Shown here: in pieces, positions 9,208 through 17,506 of the stretch
How the letters are laid out: each line of letters begins with the position of its first letter
Position numbering within the stretch: the stretch's first letter is position 1
Source of the DNA: Bacillota bacterium
GTDB lineage: Bacteria; Bacillota; Dethiobacteria; DTU022
NCBI GenBank assembly: GCA_018400435.1
Contig: JAGYMW010000001.1
Location: forward strand, 1-61,118
Direction of reading: 5' to 3'
DNA length: 61,118 nt
Notes under the pieces: generated by a model
Told to the model about the DNA's origin: nothing
Seen by the model: only the letters and a program-made list of their open reading frames with translations
The model's database searches: none
Translations under genes and position numbers: made by a program

Positions 9208-10101
9208 ATGAATAGAACATTATTGATCAAGGGAGCGGCGAAGATTAATATTGGCCTGACTGTTTTGAAAAAGCGGTCCGACGGATATCATGATCTGGAA
9301 TCGGTTATGCAGCAAATTTCTCTGGCTGATTCCCTTTTATTTGAATCGATAGAGGGAGAAGGATTTTATTTAAGCTGTACAGAAGCAGAATTATCCGGTC
9401 CTCACAATTTGATTTTCCGGGCTGCCGAGCTTCTCAGCAGCCGTTTTGGCAGTCATCAGGAAGGAGTAAAGATAACACTTCATAAGAATATTCCTGTTGA
9501 AGCAGGCCTCGCCGGCGGGAGCAGCGATGCAGCAGCTGCTCTGCTCGGTTTGAACTTATTCTGGGAGCTTGGTTTGACCCGTCAGGAACTTCTTTCCTGC
9601 GCTGCCGTTCTCGGGTCTGATGTGCCATTTTGTCTTCAGGGTGGAACAGTTCTGGTGCGGGGCCGGGGTGAAGTAATTGAAAAACTTCCTTCTCTTCCTT
9701 TTTACTGGGTTGTTCTGGCTTTACCTCGGCAGGCGGGAGTATCGGCGGCTGCTGCATATCGGGATTTTGACCGAAGGTGCCTGGGGAAACCGGAACTCGG
9801 CCCTTTAATTGATGCTGTGCGCAGCGGATCAAGAGAAGGTCTGCAAAAATGGATGGCCGGTGAGTTTACCAATACCCTGGAAACTGCTCTGTTGCCCGGT
9901 TTGCAGCAAGCAGGGCTTTTGAAAAAACAACTTCAGTCTTGCGGTTTAAATCCGGCCCTTTCCGGCAGTGGGCCGGCCTTGTTTATGTTTTTTGACCATT
10001 ACAATTCGGCCAGTGCAGCAGCCCGGGCAGTGGAAGAAACCGGCGCCAGGTCTTACCTCTGCTGGACGGAGGCCGAAAACAGGGAGTGGATGTATGTTTA
10101 A
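9208..10101 (+). CDS. ispE: 4-diphosphocytidyl-2-C-methyl-D-erythritol kinase
   Basis: AKINIGLTVLKKRSDGYHDLES.. and the GHMP motif PVEAGLAGGSSDAAA. Confidence 0.9.
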   Translation: MNRTLLIKGAAKINIGLTVLKKRSDGYHDLESVMQQISLADSLLFESIEGEGFYLSCTEAELSGPHNLIFRAAELLSSRFGSHQEGVKITLHKNIPVEAGLAGGSSDAAAALLGLNLFWELGLTRQELLSCAAVLGSDVPFCLQGGTVLVRGRGEVIEKLPSLPFYWVVLALPRQAGVSAAAAYRDFDRRCLGKPELGPLIDAVRSGSREGLQKWMAGEFTNTLETALLPGLQQAGLLKKQLQSCGLNPALSGSGPALFMFFDHYNSASAAARAVEETGARSYLCWTEAENREWMYV

Positions 10102-10852
10102 TGCAGTAGTGCTGGCCGGCAGCAGTAAACCGGAGTTGCTTGCGGAAATGCAGGGAGTGTCCAATAAAGCGTTTATTTTACTTAAAGAGGAACCGCTGCT
10201 TTCTTATGTTCTGCGAGCTCTGCAGGATGTTCCAACCCTGGATAAAATTATTGTCGTCGGACCGACTGCCGACCTGGAACTTCTACGTGACAGCGAGTGC
10301 CTGACTTTCGAAATAGTTGGTCAGCAGGAGAGCTTGCTGGCCAACCTGGCAGCGGCATTTAAAACCATGGATCCCGAAGAATTATGCCTGGTGGTGACAG
10401 CTGATATTCCCCTGCTCACGGCAGATACAGTTGAGAAATTTCTTTCTCTCTGTGTTCCTCACGAGGCAGATTTCTACTATCCCATCCTGAGCCGGGAAAC
10501 CTGCATTGAGAAATACCCGGAAAATATTCGTACCTATGTTCGCTTGAAAGAGGGGCAGGTAACGGGGGGGAATGCGGTGCTGATCAAACCAGGCTGGTAT
10601 CTTCAGAATCAAGATCGTCTGGAACTGTTCATTTCCTATCGCAAAAAACCGCTACAGTTATTCCGTATTTTCCCTCTGGTTCTGATCATGAAATATCTGC
10701 TCAGGATCCTATCTGTCCGTGATTTGGAAAATTACCTTTCCAACCTCCTGGGTTTTAATGTTAAAGCAGTGCTCTGCGATTGCATTGAACTAGGCATTGA
10801 TGTTGACAAAATTAGCGATCTGGAACTGGTCAGAAAAATTATGCAGGATTAA
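10094..10852 (+). CDS. MobA-like/GT-A nucleotidyltransferase-family protein, function unknown
   Basis: MFNAVVLAGSS..NKAFILL.. and ..VVTADIPLL.. fit an NTP-transferase fold. ATG 10094 overlaps the ispE stop by 8 nt. The track extension from 9968 is rejected. Confidence 0.65.
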   Translation: MFNAVVLAGSSKPELLAEMQGVSNKAFILLKEEPLLSYVLRALQDVPTLDKIIVVGPTADLELLRDSECLTFEIVGQQESLLANLAAAFKTMDPEELCLVVTADIPLLTADTVEKFLSLCVPHEADFYYPILSRETCIEKYPENIRTYVRLKEGQVTGGNAVLIKPGWYLQNQDRLELFISYRKKPLQLFRIFPLVLIMKYLLRILSVRDLENYLSNLLGFNVKAVLCDCIELGIDVDKISDLELVRKIMQD

Positions 10853-10867
10853 ATCATATATTCCGGT

Positions 10868-10898
10868 GGTTCTGTTGTATTTAGAACCAAACTTTTTA
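10868..10898 (+). terminator. Weak hairpin/terminator after the NTP-transferase gene
   Basis: GGTTCT-9 nt-AGAACC, then AAACTTTTT. Confidence 0.45.
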
Positions 10899-11137
10899 AT
10901 GAATAACTTTGCTCAATTTTTCCCTTGTCCAATCCTCACCGTATTGATCGATGCTGCTTTTACGCAGAGCCCTTACAAGATATCCAAAATTTGATAATCT
11001 TTTGCTTCTATTGGGTATTAATTCATATTTATGTCTGCTTGCCCGTTAACAAGGCAGGGTTTACCTGTAAGTTGTCGAAACTATATTGAAAACAATACAT
11101 TAGATTAGCATTTTGTGGTCCTGGGGGTGTGGTTTGA

Positions 11138-11413
11138 GTGAGGGTGACTGATGTACGCATCAGAAGGATGGCCCAGGAAGGTAAGATGAGGGCCATAGTA
11201 TCAATTACGTTTAACGATCGGTTTGTAGTACATGATGTTCGGGTTATCGAGGGCAATAATGGATTGTTCGTTGCTATGCCCAGCAAACGAATTCCCAACG
11301 GTGAATTTCGTGATATAGCCCATCCTATTAATTCCGAAACCAGAGAGGAGATCCAGCAGTCAGTTTTAACTGCTTACACCAGGGAACTGGAAAATTCAGT
11401 TTCCGAAATATGA
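11138..11413 (+). CDS. spoVG: Septation protein SpoVG
   Basis: [58 protein letters not shown]. Confidence 0.95.
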   Translation: MRVTDVRIRRMAQEGKMRAIVSITFNDRFVVHDVRVIEGNNGLFVAMPSKRIPNGEFRDIAHPINSETREEIQQSVLTAYTRELENSVSEI

Positions 11414-11429
11414 TTTCCAACCCGCATCT

Positions 11430-11459
11430 TTGCCTCTTCCGTGTCATCTGCAGTATAAT
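11430..11459 (+). promoter_or_regulatory. Candidate sigma-A promoter for glmU
   Basis: TTGCCT-18 nt-TATAAT. Confidence 0.4.
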
Positions 11460-11497
11460 GTTTACACCAGGATCATAAACAACAGGAGGGACTGCCG

Positions 11498-12499
11498 ATG
11501 GAACAGCTCAGGGCTGTCATTCTGGCTGCGGGAGAAGGCAAAAGAATGCATTCGCGGCTGCCCAAAGTGCTGCATCGGCTTTGCGGCAGACCGATGCTTG
11601 AATATGTTCTGGAAAGCGCCGCTGCTCTGACGCCGGATATTACAATCGTCGTCGGCCGCGGCGCTTCGCTCGTTCGTCAGACTTTAGGGAGCAAATGGCA
11701 CTATGTTCGCCAGGAGAAATTGCTGGGAACCGGTCATGCAGTTTTGCAGGCTGTAGATCATTTCCCGGCTTCCGGAAAAGTTCTGATACTCTGCGGGGAT
11801 ACACCCCTACTGGAGTCCGGCTGCCTGGAGAATCTGGTCGAACAGAGTAGGGGACTGGCCGGGGTAGTTGTCACGGCGGAATTGGCTCAGCCCCATGGTT
11901 ATGGAAGGATTATCAGAGGTGATGAAGGTCTGGTTGAACGCATCGTTGAAGAAAAAGATGCTTCGAAACAGGAGAAAGAAATAACTGAAGTAAACACGGG
12001 CACATACTGTTTTGACCTGGCCCTGCTCAAGAAATTTCTTCCACGGCTGAGCAGGGATAATATCCAGGGAGAATACTATCTAACTGATATTGTTGTCCTA
12101 CTAAAAGATGAAGGTTATCGGGTGGGGGCCGAATTAATCGATGATTTCCGGGCAGGTCTGGGCATTAACAATCGCATCCAACTGGCAGAAGCGGAAATGA
12201 TTTTGAGAACCAGAATAAACAGGCGGCTAATGTCAGGGGGAGTGACCATGCTTGATCCCTCTTCAGTTTATATTGATAGTGATGTTAAAATAGGTCAGGA
12301 TACTATCGTCGGGCCTAACTGTGTAATTGAAAAAGGAACTACAATCGGTGAGGAATGCCTTATCGGTCCCGGTGTTCACCTTTCTGAAGCGGTAATTGGA
12401 CATCATGTCGTTATCCAGCATGCAGTAATTAAAGCTTGTGTTGTTGACGACGAGGGACAGGTAGGTCCTTACATTTTCCTGGACGGCGCTTCGGGATAA
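11498..12499 (+). CDS. glmU: GlmU-like UDP-GlcNAc pyrophosphorylase. Uridyltransferase domain intact; left-handed beta-helix acetyltransferase domain cut off at about residue 333 (full length usually about 455).
   Basis: LAAGEGKRM, LPKVLH, GTGHAV, QGEYYLTD, INNRIQLAEAE, then hexapeptide repeats ending ..VGPYIFLDGASG*. Only 183 nt separate the stop from prs. Confidence 0.8.
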   Translation: MEQLRAVILAAGEGKRMHSRLPKVLHRLCGRPMLEYVLESAAALTPDITIVVGRGASLVRQTLGSKWHYVRQEKLLGTGHAVLQAVDHFPASGKVLILCGDTPLLESGCLENLVEQSRGLAGVVVTAELAQPHGYGRIIRGDEGLVERIVEEKDASKQEKEITEVNTGTYCFDLALLKKFLPRLSRDNIQGEYYLTDIVVLLKDEGYRVGAELIDDFRAGLGINNRIQLAEAEMILRTRINRRLMSGGVTMLDPSSVYIDSDVKIGQDTIVGPNCVIEKGTTIGEECLIGPGVHLSEAVIGHHVVIQHAVIKACVVDDEGQVGPYIFLDGASG

Positions 12500-12682
12500 A
12501 TATGATCAATATTAATGTTGCGAAAAGGGTTGCAAGGCAGGAAATCAAAACCTGCGAAGAGAAATGAAATTGTGATAGGGGTAATCCAATATATGCGAAT
12601 TGGATCGGATCCACAACATACAGCAATTAGCTAATAATAGCCGAGACTAAAAAACAGGGACAGACTACTGGCAGGAGGGTTA

Positions 12683-13639
12683 ATGGTGGCAAACGGTGAG
12701 GAACTAAAAATTTTTTGTGGCAGTGCCAACCGGGCACTTGCCGAAGAGATTGCCGACTATGTAGGGGTTCCCCTTGGTGATTGTGAGGTCAGTCGCTTCA
12801 GTGATGGTGAAATTTCCATCAGCATCAGGGAAAGTGTTCGCGGAACCAATTCATATTTGATTCAACCGCTTTGCGGGCCGATTAATGAGAGTATCATGGA
12901 GTTGTTGATAATGATAGATGCATTGAGACGTGCTTCGGCCAAAGCGGTCAATGCAGTGATCCCTTATTATGCCTATGCCCGGCAGGATCGCAAGACCAGG
13001 GCCCGCGATCCGATTACAGCCAAGCTGCTGGCCGATTTGATTACGGCCGCCGGGACAAACCGGGTAGTGGCCATGGATCTGCATGCCGGCCAGATCCAGG
13101 GATTTTTTAATATACCCCTTGATCACCTGACTGCCTTGCCAATTCTGGCCAAATATTTTAAGAATAAGCAGATCGATAATGGAGTTGTTGTATCTCCTGA
13201 CCTGGGTGGTGTGACCAGGGCTCGTGATCTCGCCAACCGCCTGATGATGCCCATCGCTATTATCGATAAAAAACGCCCCGCTCCCAATCAGGCTGAAATT
13301 ATGCATATTATCGGTGATGTAAAAGGGAAAACGGCTCTTTTTATCGATGATATGATTGATACCGGTGGGACGATTACTCTTGGAGCTGAAGCCCTTATGA
13401 GAGAAGGAGCAAAAGATGTGTATGCTTGCTGTACACATCCCGTTTTTTCCGGCCCGGCCTTGAAACGACTCAGTGATTCCTGTATTACTGAGGTTGTTTA
13501 TACCAATACCATTCCTGTAGATAAAGGCCAGTTGAAAGGGTTGGGAGATTGTTTCAAGGTCCTTTCAGTGGCTCCTTTGATCGGAGAGGCGATTATCCGC
13601 ATCCAAAATAAAATTTCTGTCAGTGAGCTTTTTGATTAA
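12683..13639 (+). CDS. prs: Ribose-phosphate pyrophosphokinase
   Basis: ..[15 protein letters not shown].., [10 protein letters not shown], the PRPP loop [11 protein letters not shown], and DDMIDTGGT. Confidence 0.95.
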   Translation: MVANGEELKIFCGSANRALAEEIADYVGVPLGDCEVSRFSDGEISISIRESVRGTNSYLIQPLCGPINESIMELLIMIDALRRASAKAVNAVIPYYAYARQDRKTRARDPITAKLLADLITAAGTNRVVAMDLHAGQIQGFFNIPLDHLTALPILAKYFKNKQIDNGVVVSPDLGGVTRARDLANRLMMPIAIIDKKRPAPNQAEIMHIIGDVKGKTALFIDDMIDTGGTITLGAEALMREGAKDVYACCTHPVFSGPALKRLSDSCITEVVYTNTIPVDKGQLKGLGDCFKVLSVAPLIGEAIIRIQNKISVSELFD

Positions 13640-13692
13640 GTTGATCTTCGCTGCTTCCTGCAGTATACTATTGCAGAAGGAGGCTGGAATGA

Positions 13693-14379
13693 ATGGAAAG
13701 AATGGTTTTGGACGCAAAGGCTCGCCCGCCTTTAACCAAGGGGGAACGCAATAAACTGCGCAGTGAGGACAAAGTCCTTGCAGTTATATATGGCCGGGGT
13801 GACGACAGTTTGCCCCTGGCTGTGGACGGCCGTGCCTTAAGACAGGTATTGTCTTCCGGCGGTAGCAACGTGCTGGTTGATCTATCAGTAAAATCCAGAG
13901 GAAAGAAAACAAGGCAGGAAACGGTCATGTTTAAAGATATCCAGCGGGATATAATTTTTCAGGATCGAATTCTGCATGTCGATTTTATCAGGATTTCGAT
14001 GACTGATAAAATCGAAATCGCGGTCCATCTTAATTTTGTTGGGGAACCGGCCGGAATATCCGATGGCGGAGTTCTCTCGCTTGTGACCCGGGAAGTTGTT
14101 GTCAGATGCCTGCCTGGTGATATCCCCGAACAGTTTGATGTTGATATTTCCGAGCTGCGCATCGGAGACAGCATCACTGCTGAGACACTGGTTCTTGAGG
14201 GGGAAATTGAATTAATCACCCCGCCGGAAACCACACTGGCCCAGGTGCTGGCACCGATGGCTGAAGAGGAACTTGAGCCTGCTGCAGAGGAAGAACTCGA
14301 AGAAGGTGAAGAGGCAGCCGGTGAAGAAGGCGCTGAAGAAGAAGCTTCTGCCGAAGAAGAGACAGAAGAAGAAAACTGA
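13693..14379 (+). CDS. ctc: Ribosomal protein L25/general stress protein Ctc with an acidic low-complexity tail
   Basis: ..RNKLRSEDKVLAVIYGRG.., a Ctc-type two-domain body, and a C-terminal EEELEEGEEAAGEEGAEEE.. run. Confidence 0.9.
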   Translation: MERMVLDAKARPPLTKGERNKLRSEDKVLAVIYGRGDDSLPLAVDGRALRQVLSSGGSNVLVDLSVKSRGKKTRQETVMFKDIQRDIIFQDRILHVDFIRISMTDKIEIAVHLNFVGEPAGISDGGVLSLVTREVVVRCLPGDIPEQFDVDISELRIGDSITAETLVLEGEIELITPPETTLAQVLAPMAEEELEPAAEEELEEGEEAAGEEGAEEEASAEEETEEEN

Positions 14380-14406
14380 TTTTTGCTTTAACGGTTTCAC
14401 TCTTAC

Positions 14407-14440
14407 GATGCCCCTTTCAAGAGGGGCATCGGCATATTTT
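14407..14440 (+). terminator. Intrinsic terminator after ctc
   Basis: GATGCCCCT-TTCAAG-AGGGGCATC, then a T-rich tail. Confidence 0.7.
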
Positions 14441-14469
14441 AAGCAGTTAAGACAGCAGGAGTATAAAAT

Positions 14470-15048
14470 ATGAATCTCATTGTCGGGCTCGGTAACCCCG
14501 GTAAAAAATATGCCGGTACCAGGCACAATCTTGGTTTTCAGGTAATCGAAACTCTGTCGCACTGTTTGAACAGCAGCAGTTTTGCCCAAAAATTTCATTC
14601 TCTTTATGCTTTGGCCAGACATAAAAACACAAAGGTAGTTCTTGCTCAGCCGCTTACTTACATGAACCTCAGTGGGAAAGCGGTGGCAGAATTAGTCGCC
14701 AATTTGCATATTGATCTGCCTGATCTGATGATTGTATGTGATGATCTTGATCTTCCTCCGGGGACCATCAGGCTGCGAAAGAAGGGAGGAAGCGGCGGAC
14801 ACCGCGGATTGCAGTCGATTATCGATGTTCTGGGAACAACAGAATTTTGTCGACTGCGCATTGGCATAGGCAAACCTTCCGGGGAGACGGATAGCAGTGA
14901 ATATGTCCTGGAGCCTCCCGAGGATTATGACAAAATATTGCTCGATGAAGCCGTAGATAGGGCCACTGAAGCAGTAGTCTGCTACATTGAGGGTGATATT
15001 GAAACAGCAATGAATATTTACAATAAGGGGTTGCCGGAAGCAGATTAA
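14470..15048 (+). CDS. pth: Peptidyl-tRNA hydrolase
   Basis: LIVGLGNPGKKYAGTRHNLGF.., ..QPLTYMNLSG.. and GGHRGLQSI. Confidence 0.95.
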   Translation: MNLIVGLGNPGKKYAGTRHNLGFQVIETLSHCLNSSSFAQKFHSLYALARHKNTKVVLAQPLTYMNLSGKAVAELVANLHIDLPDLMIVCDDLDLPPGTIRLRKKGGSGGHRGLQSIIDVLGTTEFCRLRIGIGKPSGETDSSEYVLEPPEDYDKILLDEAVDRATEAVVCYIEGDIETAMNIYNKGLPEAD

Positions 15049-15080
15049 TGTGATAAACTCTTTCAAAATACAGGTAATCG

Positions 15081-15357
15081 AAAAGCGATGCAGAAGGAAA
15101 GTAAGCCGGGAAAGCCGCCCCATTAGAGAGGCTGGACCGCAGGCTGAAAGTCCGCCGGGTAGATCCTTGACTGAAGTTCCCTTCGAAGCTTTCCGCTGAA
15201 AACCCTTTCGGGTTAAGTAGGCGTCAACGGTTCTTCCCCGTTACCGGAAGAGGGTATCGGCAATGAATGAGGAAACGCCCGTACCTGTCAAGTGGATATC
15301 AATCAATTTGGGTGGTACCGCGGAACTCAATCCGTCCCTTAAGGGCGGATTTTTTAT
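15081..15357 (+). promoter_or_regulatory. T-box riboswitch leader (probable Phe/UUC specifier) with terminator/antiterminator
   Basis: Stem I start AAAGCGATGCAGAAGGAAAGTA and AGAGAG bay at 15125-15130. Candidate specifier GAAG-UUC-C at 15177-15179. Canonical T-box AATTTGGGTGGTACCGCG at 15305-15322. Terminator AATCCGTCCCTT/AAGGGCGGATT plus TTTTTT at 15330-15356. Confidence 0.85.
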
Positions 15358-15513
15358 TGATAAAGTTTGGCTGTCATTCTTATTCCTGGTTGAAAAGTTG
15401 CCAGGAGGTGGCTGAAACAGCTGTTTGGAAGCAACCGGTTTTGCATGAGCCTTTCCTTTCAGCAGCTGTTGGTAAATTTCGCCTTTAACGGGCAGAAGAA
15501 AGGAGCAAGACCG

Positions 15514-16554
15514 ATGATAATTGTTATGAAGCAGGTTGCCAGGGACGAAGAAGTGTTAAAAGTAGAAGAAAGACTGACAGAGATGGGGTTTGCCCCCCAC
15601 AGGATTCAGGGGACCGAAAGGGTGGTTATCGGGGCTGTTGGGGCCCAGAAAATTATTTTACCAACCGGCTTGGAAGTACTGCCCGGCGTTGAGAAGGTAG
15701 TCCCCATTACCGCTCCCTACAAACTGGTCAGTCGCCAGGCCAAGGATACTGACAGTATTGTCAGGGTGGGTGATGTTGAAATTGGCGGAAATGAAATTGT
15801 TTTTATGGCCGGTCCCTGTGCCGTGGAAAGCGAAGAACAGCTTCTTACCATAGCCGGTATGGTAAAAGCTTCGGGAGCCCAGATCCTCCGCGGTGGAGCG
15901 TTTAAACCGCGCTCATCTCCTTACAGCTTCCAGGGACTGGAACTGGAAGGATTAAAAATGCTTGATCTGGCACGGCAGGAAACTGGTCTCAAGATAGTAA
16001 CAGAAGTATTAAATCCCCAGGAGGTGGAGTTAGTTGCCAGCTACGCTGATATTCTTCAGATTGGAGCGCGCAACATGCAGAACTTTGCTCTTCTGCGGGA
16101 AGCAGGACGCAGCGGGAAACCGATTCTGCTCAAAAGGGGATTGGCTGCCACCTTTGAAGAGTGGTTGATGGCGGCGGAATATATCCTCAACGAAAACAAT
16201 TTTCAGGTAATGCTATGTGAACGCGGCATCAGAACTTTTGAGACGTCTACCCGCAATACCCTTGATATCAGTGCCATTCCCCAGGCCAAGGAATTGAGCC
16301 ATTTGCCGGTGATTGTCGATCCTTGTCACGCGAGCGGCAACTGGCGCCTGGCAGCCCCTTTGTCTAAAGCGGCAATAGCTGCCGGAGCTGACGGTTTGAT
16401 GATCGAGGTGCACAACAAACCGTCTGAAGCGCTCTCTGATGGTCCTCAATCGCTGACCCCGGAAAATTTTGATCGTTTGATTGAAATGGTGGCTCCGATT
16501 GCAGATGCGGTTAATCGCACCATACCGCAGGCAGAGATAAAAAACAGCAAATAA
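15514..16554 (+). CDS. aroF: 3-deoxy-7-phosphoheptulonate (DAHP) synthase, type I-beta, with an N-terminal ferredoxin-like/ACT-like regulatory domain
   Basis: The core ..[15 protein letters not shown].., [19 protein letters not shown] and DPCHASG follows a roughly 75-aa N-domain. ATG 15514 follows AGGAG. The track extension from 15445 runs through the T-box terminator and is rejected. Confidence 0.9.
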   Translation: MIIVMKQVARDEEVLKVEERLTEMGFAPHRIQGTERVVIGAVGAQKIILPTGLEVLPGVEKVVPITAPYKLVSRQAKDTDSIVRVGDVEIGGNEIVFMAGPCAVESEEQLLTIAGMVKASGAQILRGGAFKPRSSPYSFQGLELEGLKMLDLARQETGLKIVTEVLNPQEVELVASYADILQIGARNMQNFALLREAGRSGKPILLKRGLAATFEEWLMAAEYILNENNFQVMLCERGIRTFETSTRNTLDISAIPQAKELSHLPVIVDPCHASGNWRLAAPLSKAAIAAGADGLMIEVHNKPSEALSDGPQSLTPENFDRLIEMVAPIADAVNRTIPQAEIKNSK

Positions 16555-16562
16555 TTGGGGGA

Positions 16563-17414
16563 ATGATATCAGTGCAGAAGAATAAAAAGCTGGCTTACCT
16601 TGGCCCGGGAGGGACCTTTTCGGAAGAAGCGGCACTCTACTACAGTGCTTCATCTCAACGGAAGCTGGTGGAGTATCCAACGATAGCAGCGGTGATCAGG
16701 GCTGTTTGTGAAAAGGAGACGGACGAAGGCCTGGTGCCGCTTGAAAACAGTCTGGAAGGTGGAGTTGGGGTTACTCTTGACCAGCTGGTCAGGCAGGAAG
16801 GCCTCTATATCCGGCATGAATTGACCCGCCCGGTGAGACAGTGTTTAATGGCCAAAGAAAATTTGACCCTGGCGCAAATTAAAATTGTCTATTCCCACCC
16901 CCATGCCCTGGGTCAATGTGCTGATTATATTGATTATCATCTGCCTCATGCAGAATGTCTCCCGGTTGAGAGCACAGCGGCGGCCGCGGCACTGGCAGCC
17001 CAAAATACAGGCGCAGCGGCCATTGCTCCTGAAAGAGCGGCTGCGCTGTACAATCTTTTATTGCTGGCGGAAGACATCCAGGATAATCAGGATAACAGCA
17101 CCCGCTTCGTTATTCTGGCCGGAACTGATCATCCCCCTACGGGAGAGGATAAAACATCACTTGTTTTTACCATTCCTGACGGTCCGGGCAGTTTATATAA
17201 AATCCTTGGCCACTTTGCCCGCCGGGCAATAAATTTGACCCGTATTGAGTCAAGGCCTTCAAGAAAAATTGCCGGAGACTGGCTATTTTTTATTGATTGT
17301 GAGGGGCACCGTTTGGATTCTGGGAGAAAAGAACTCTGGGAAGAAATTAAGAAGGAAGTATCCTTTTTTAAATTACTTGGTTCTTATCCGCGCAACAATT
17401 TCAATGTTCAATGA
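16563..17414 (+). CDS. pheA: Prephenate dehydratase (PDT plus ACT domains)
   Basis: KLAYLGPGGTFSEEAA.., ..NSTRFVIL.., and the ACT region SLVFTIPDGPGSLYKIL..INLTRIESRPS. Confidence 0.9.
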   Translation: MISVQKNKKLAYLGPGGTFSEEAALYYSASSQRKLVEYPTIAAVIRAVCEKETDEGLVPLENSLEGGVGVTLDQLVRQEGLYIRHELTRPVRQCLMAKENLTLAQIKIVYSHPHALGQCADYIDYHLPHAECLPVESTAAAAALAAQNTGAAAIAPERAAALYNLLLLAEDIQDNQDNSTRFVILAGTDHPPTGEDKTSLVFTIPDGPGSLYKILGHFARRAINLTRIESRPSRKIAGDWLFFIDCEGHRLDSGRKELWEEIKKEVSFFKLLGSYPRNNFNVQ

Positions 17415-17506
17415 ATGTTACATGATTGGGAAGCCAGGTTGCCTGTTTCCCTCTTATTCGATAAATCCTGCATGACAGTATTGGCCAGTTTCCTGATGCT
17501 TCCCCA

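Noticed and set aside
11054-11082. Sigma-H-like promoter (GCAGGGTTT-11 nt-GTCGAAACT) upstream of spoVG.
   Set aside because: There are mismatches in both elements (AGGG for AGGA, GAAA for GAAT). It is plausible by analogy with Bacillus spoVG but not supportable from sequence alone.
12429-12626. Hydrophobic 65-aa minus-strand ORF in the glmU-prs gap.
   Set aside because: No SD. It overlaps the glmU 3' end antisense and is more simply explained as chance within degraded sequence.
12851-13438. Long antisense ORFs inside well-supported genes: 12851..13438 in prs, 22315..22902 in mfd, 31964..32563 in ftsH, 35125..35748 in fhs, 2928..3497 in metG, 40345..40827 in the CPBP-like gene, 41461..41976 and 41790..42278 around coaX, and 54749..55228 in the hydrolase gene.
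   Set aside because: Each lies opposite a gene with clear family motifs. They have no SD or family similarity and show odd composition. They are typical shadow ORFs.
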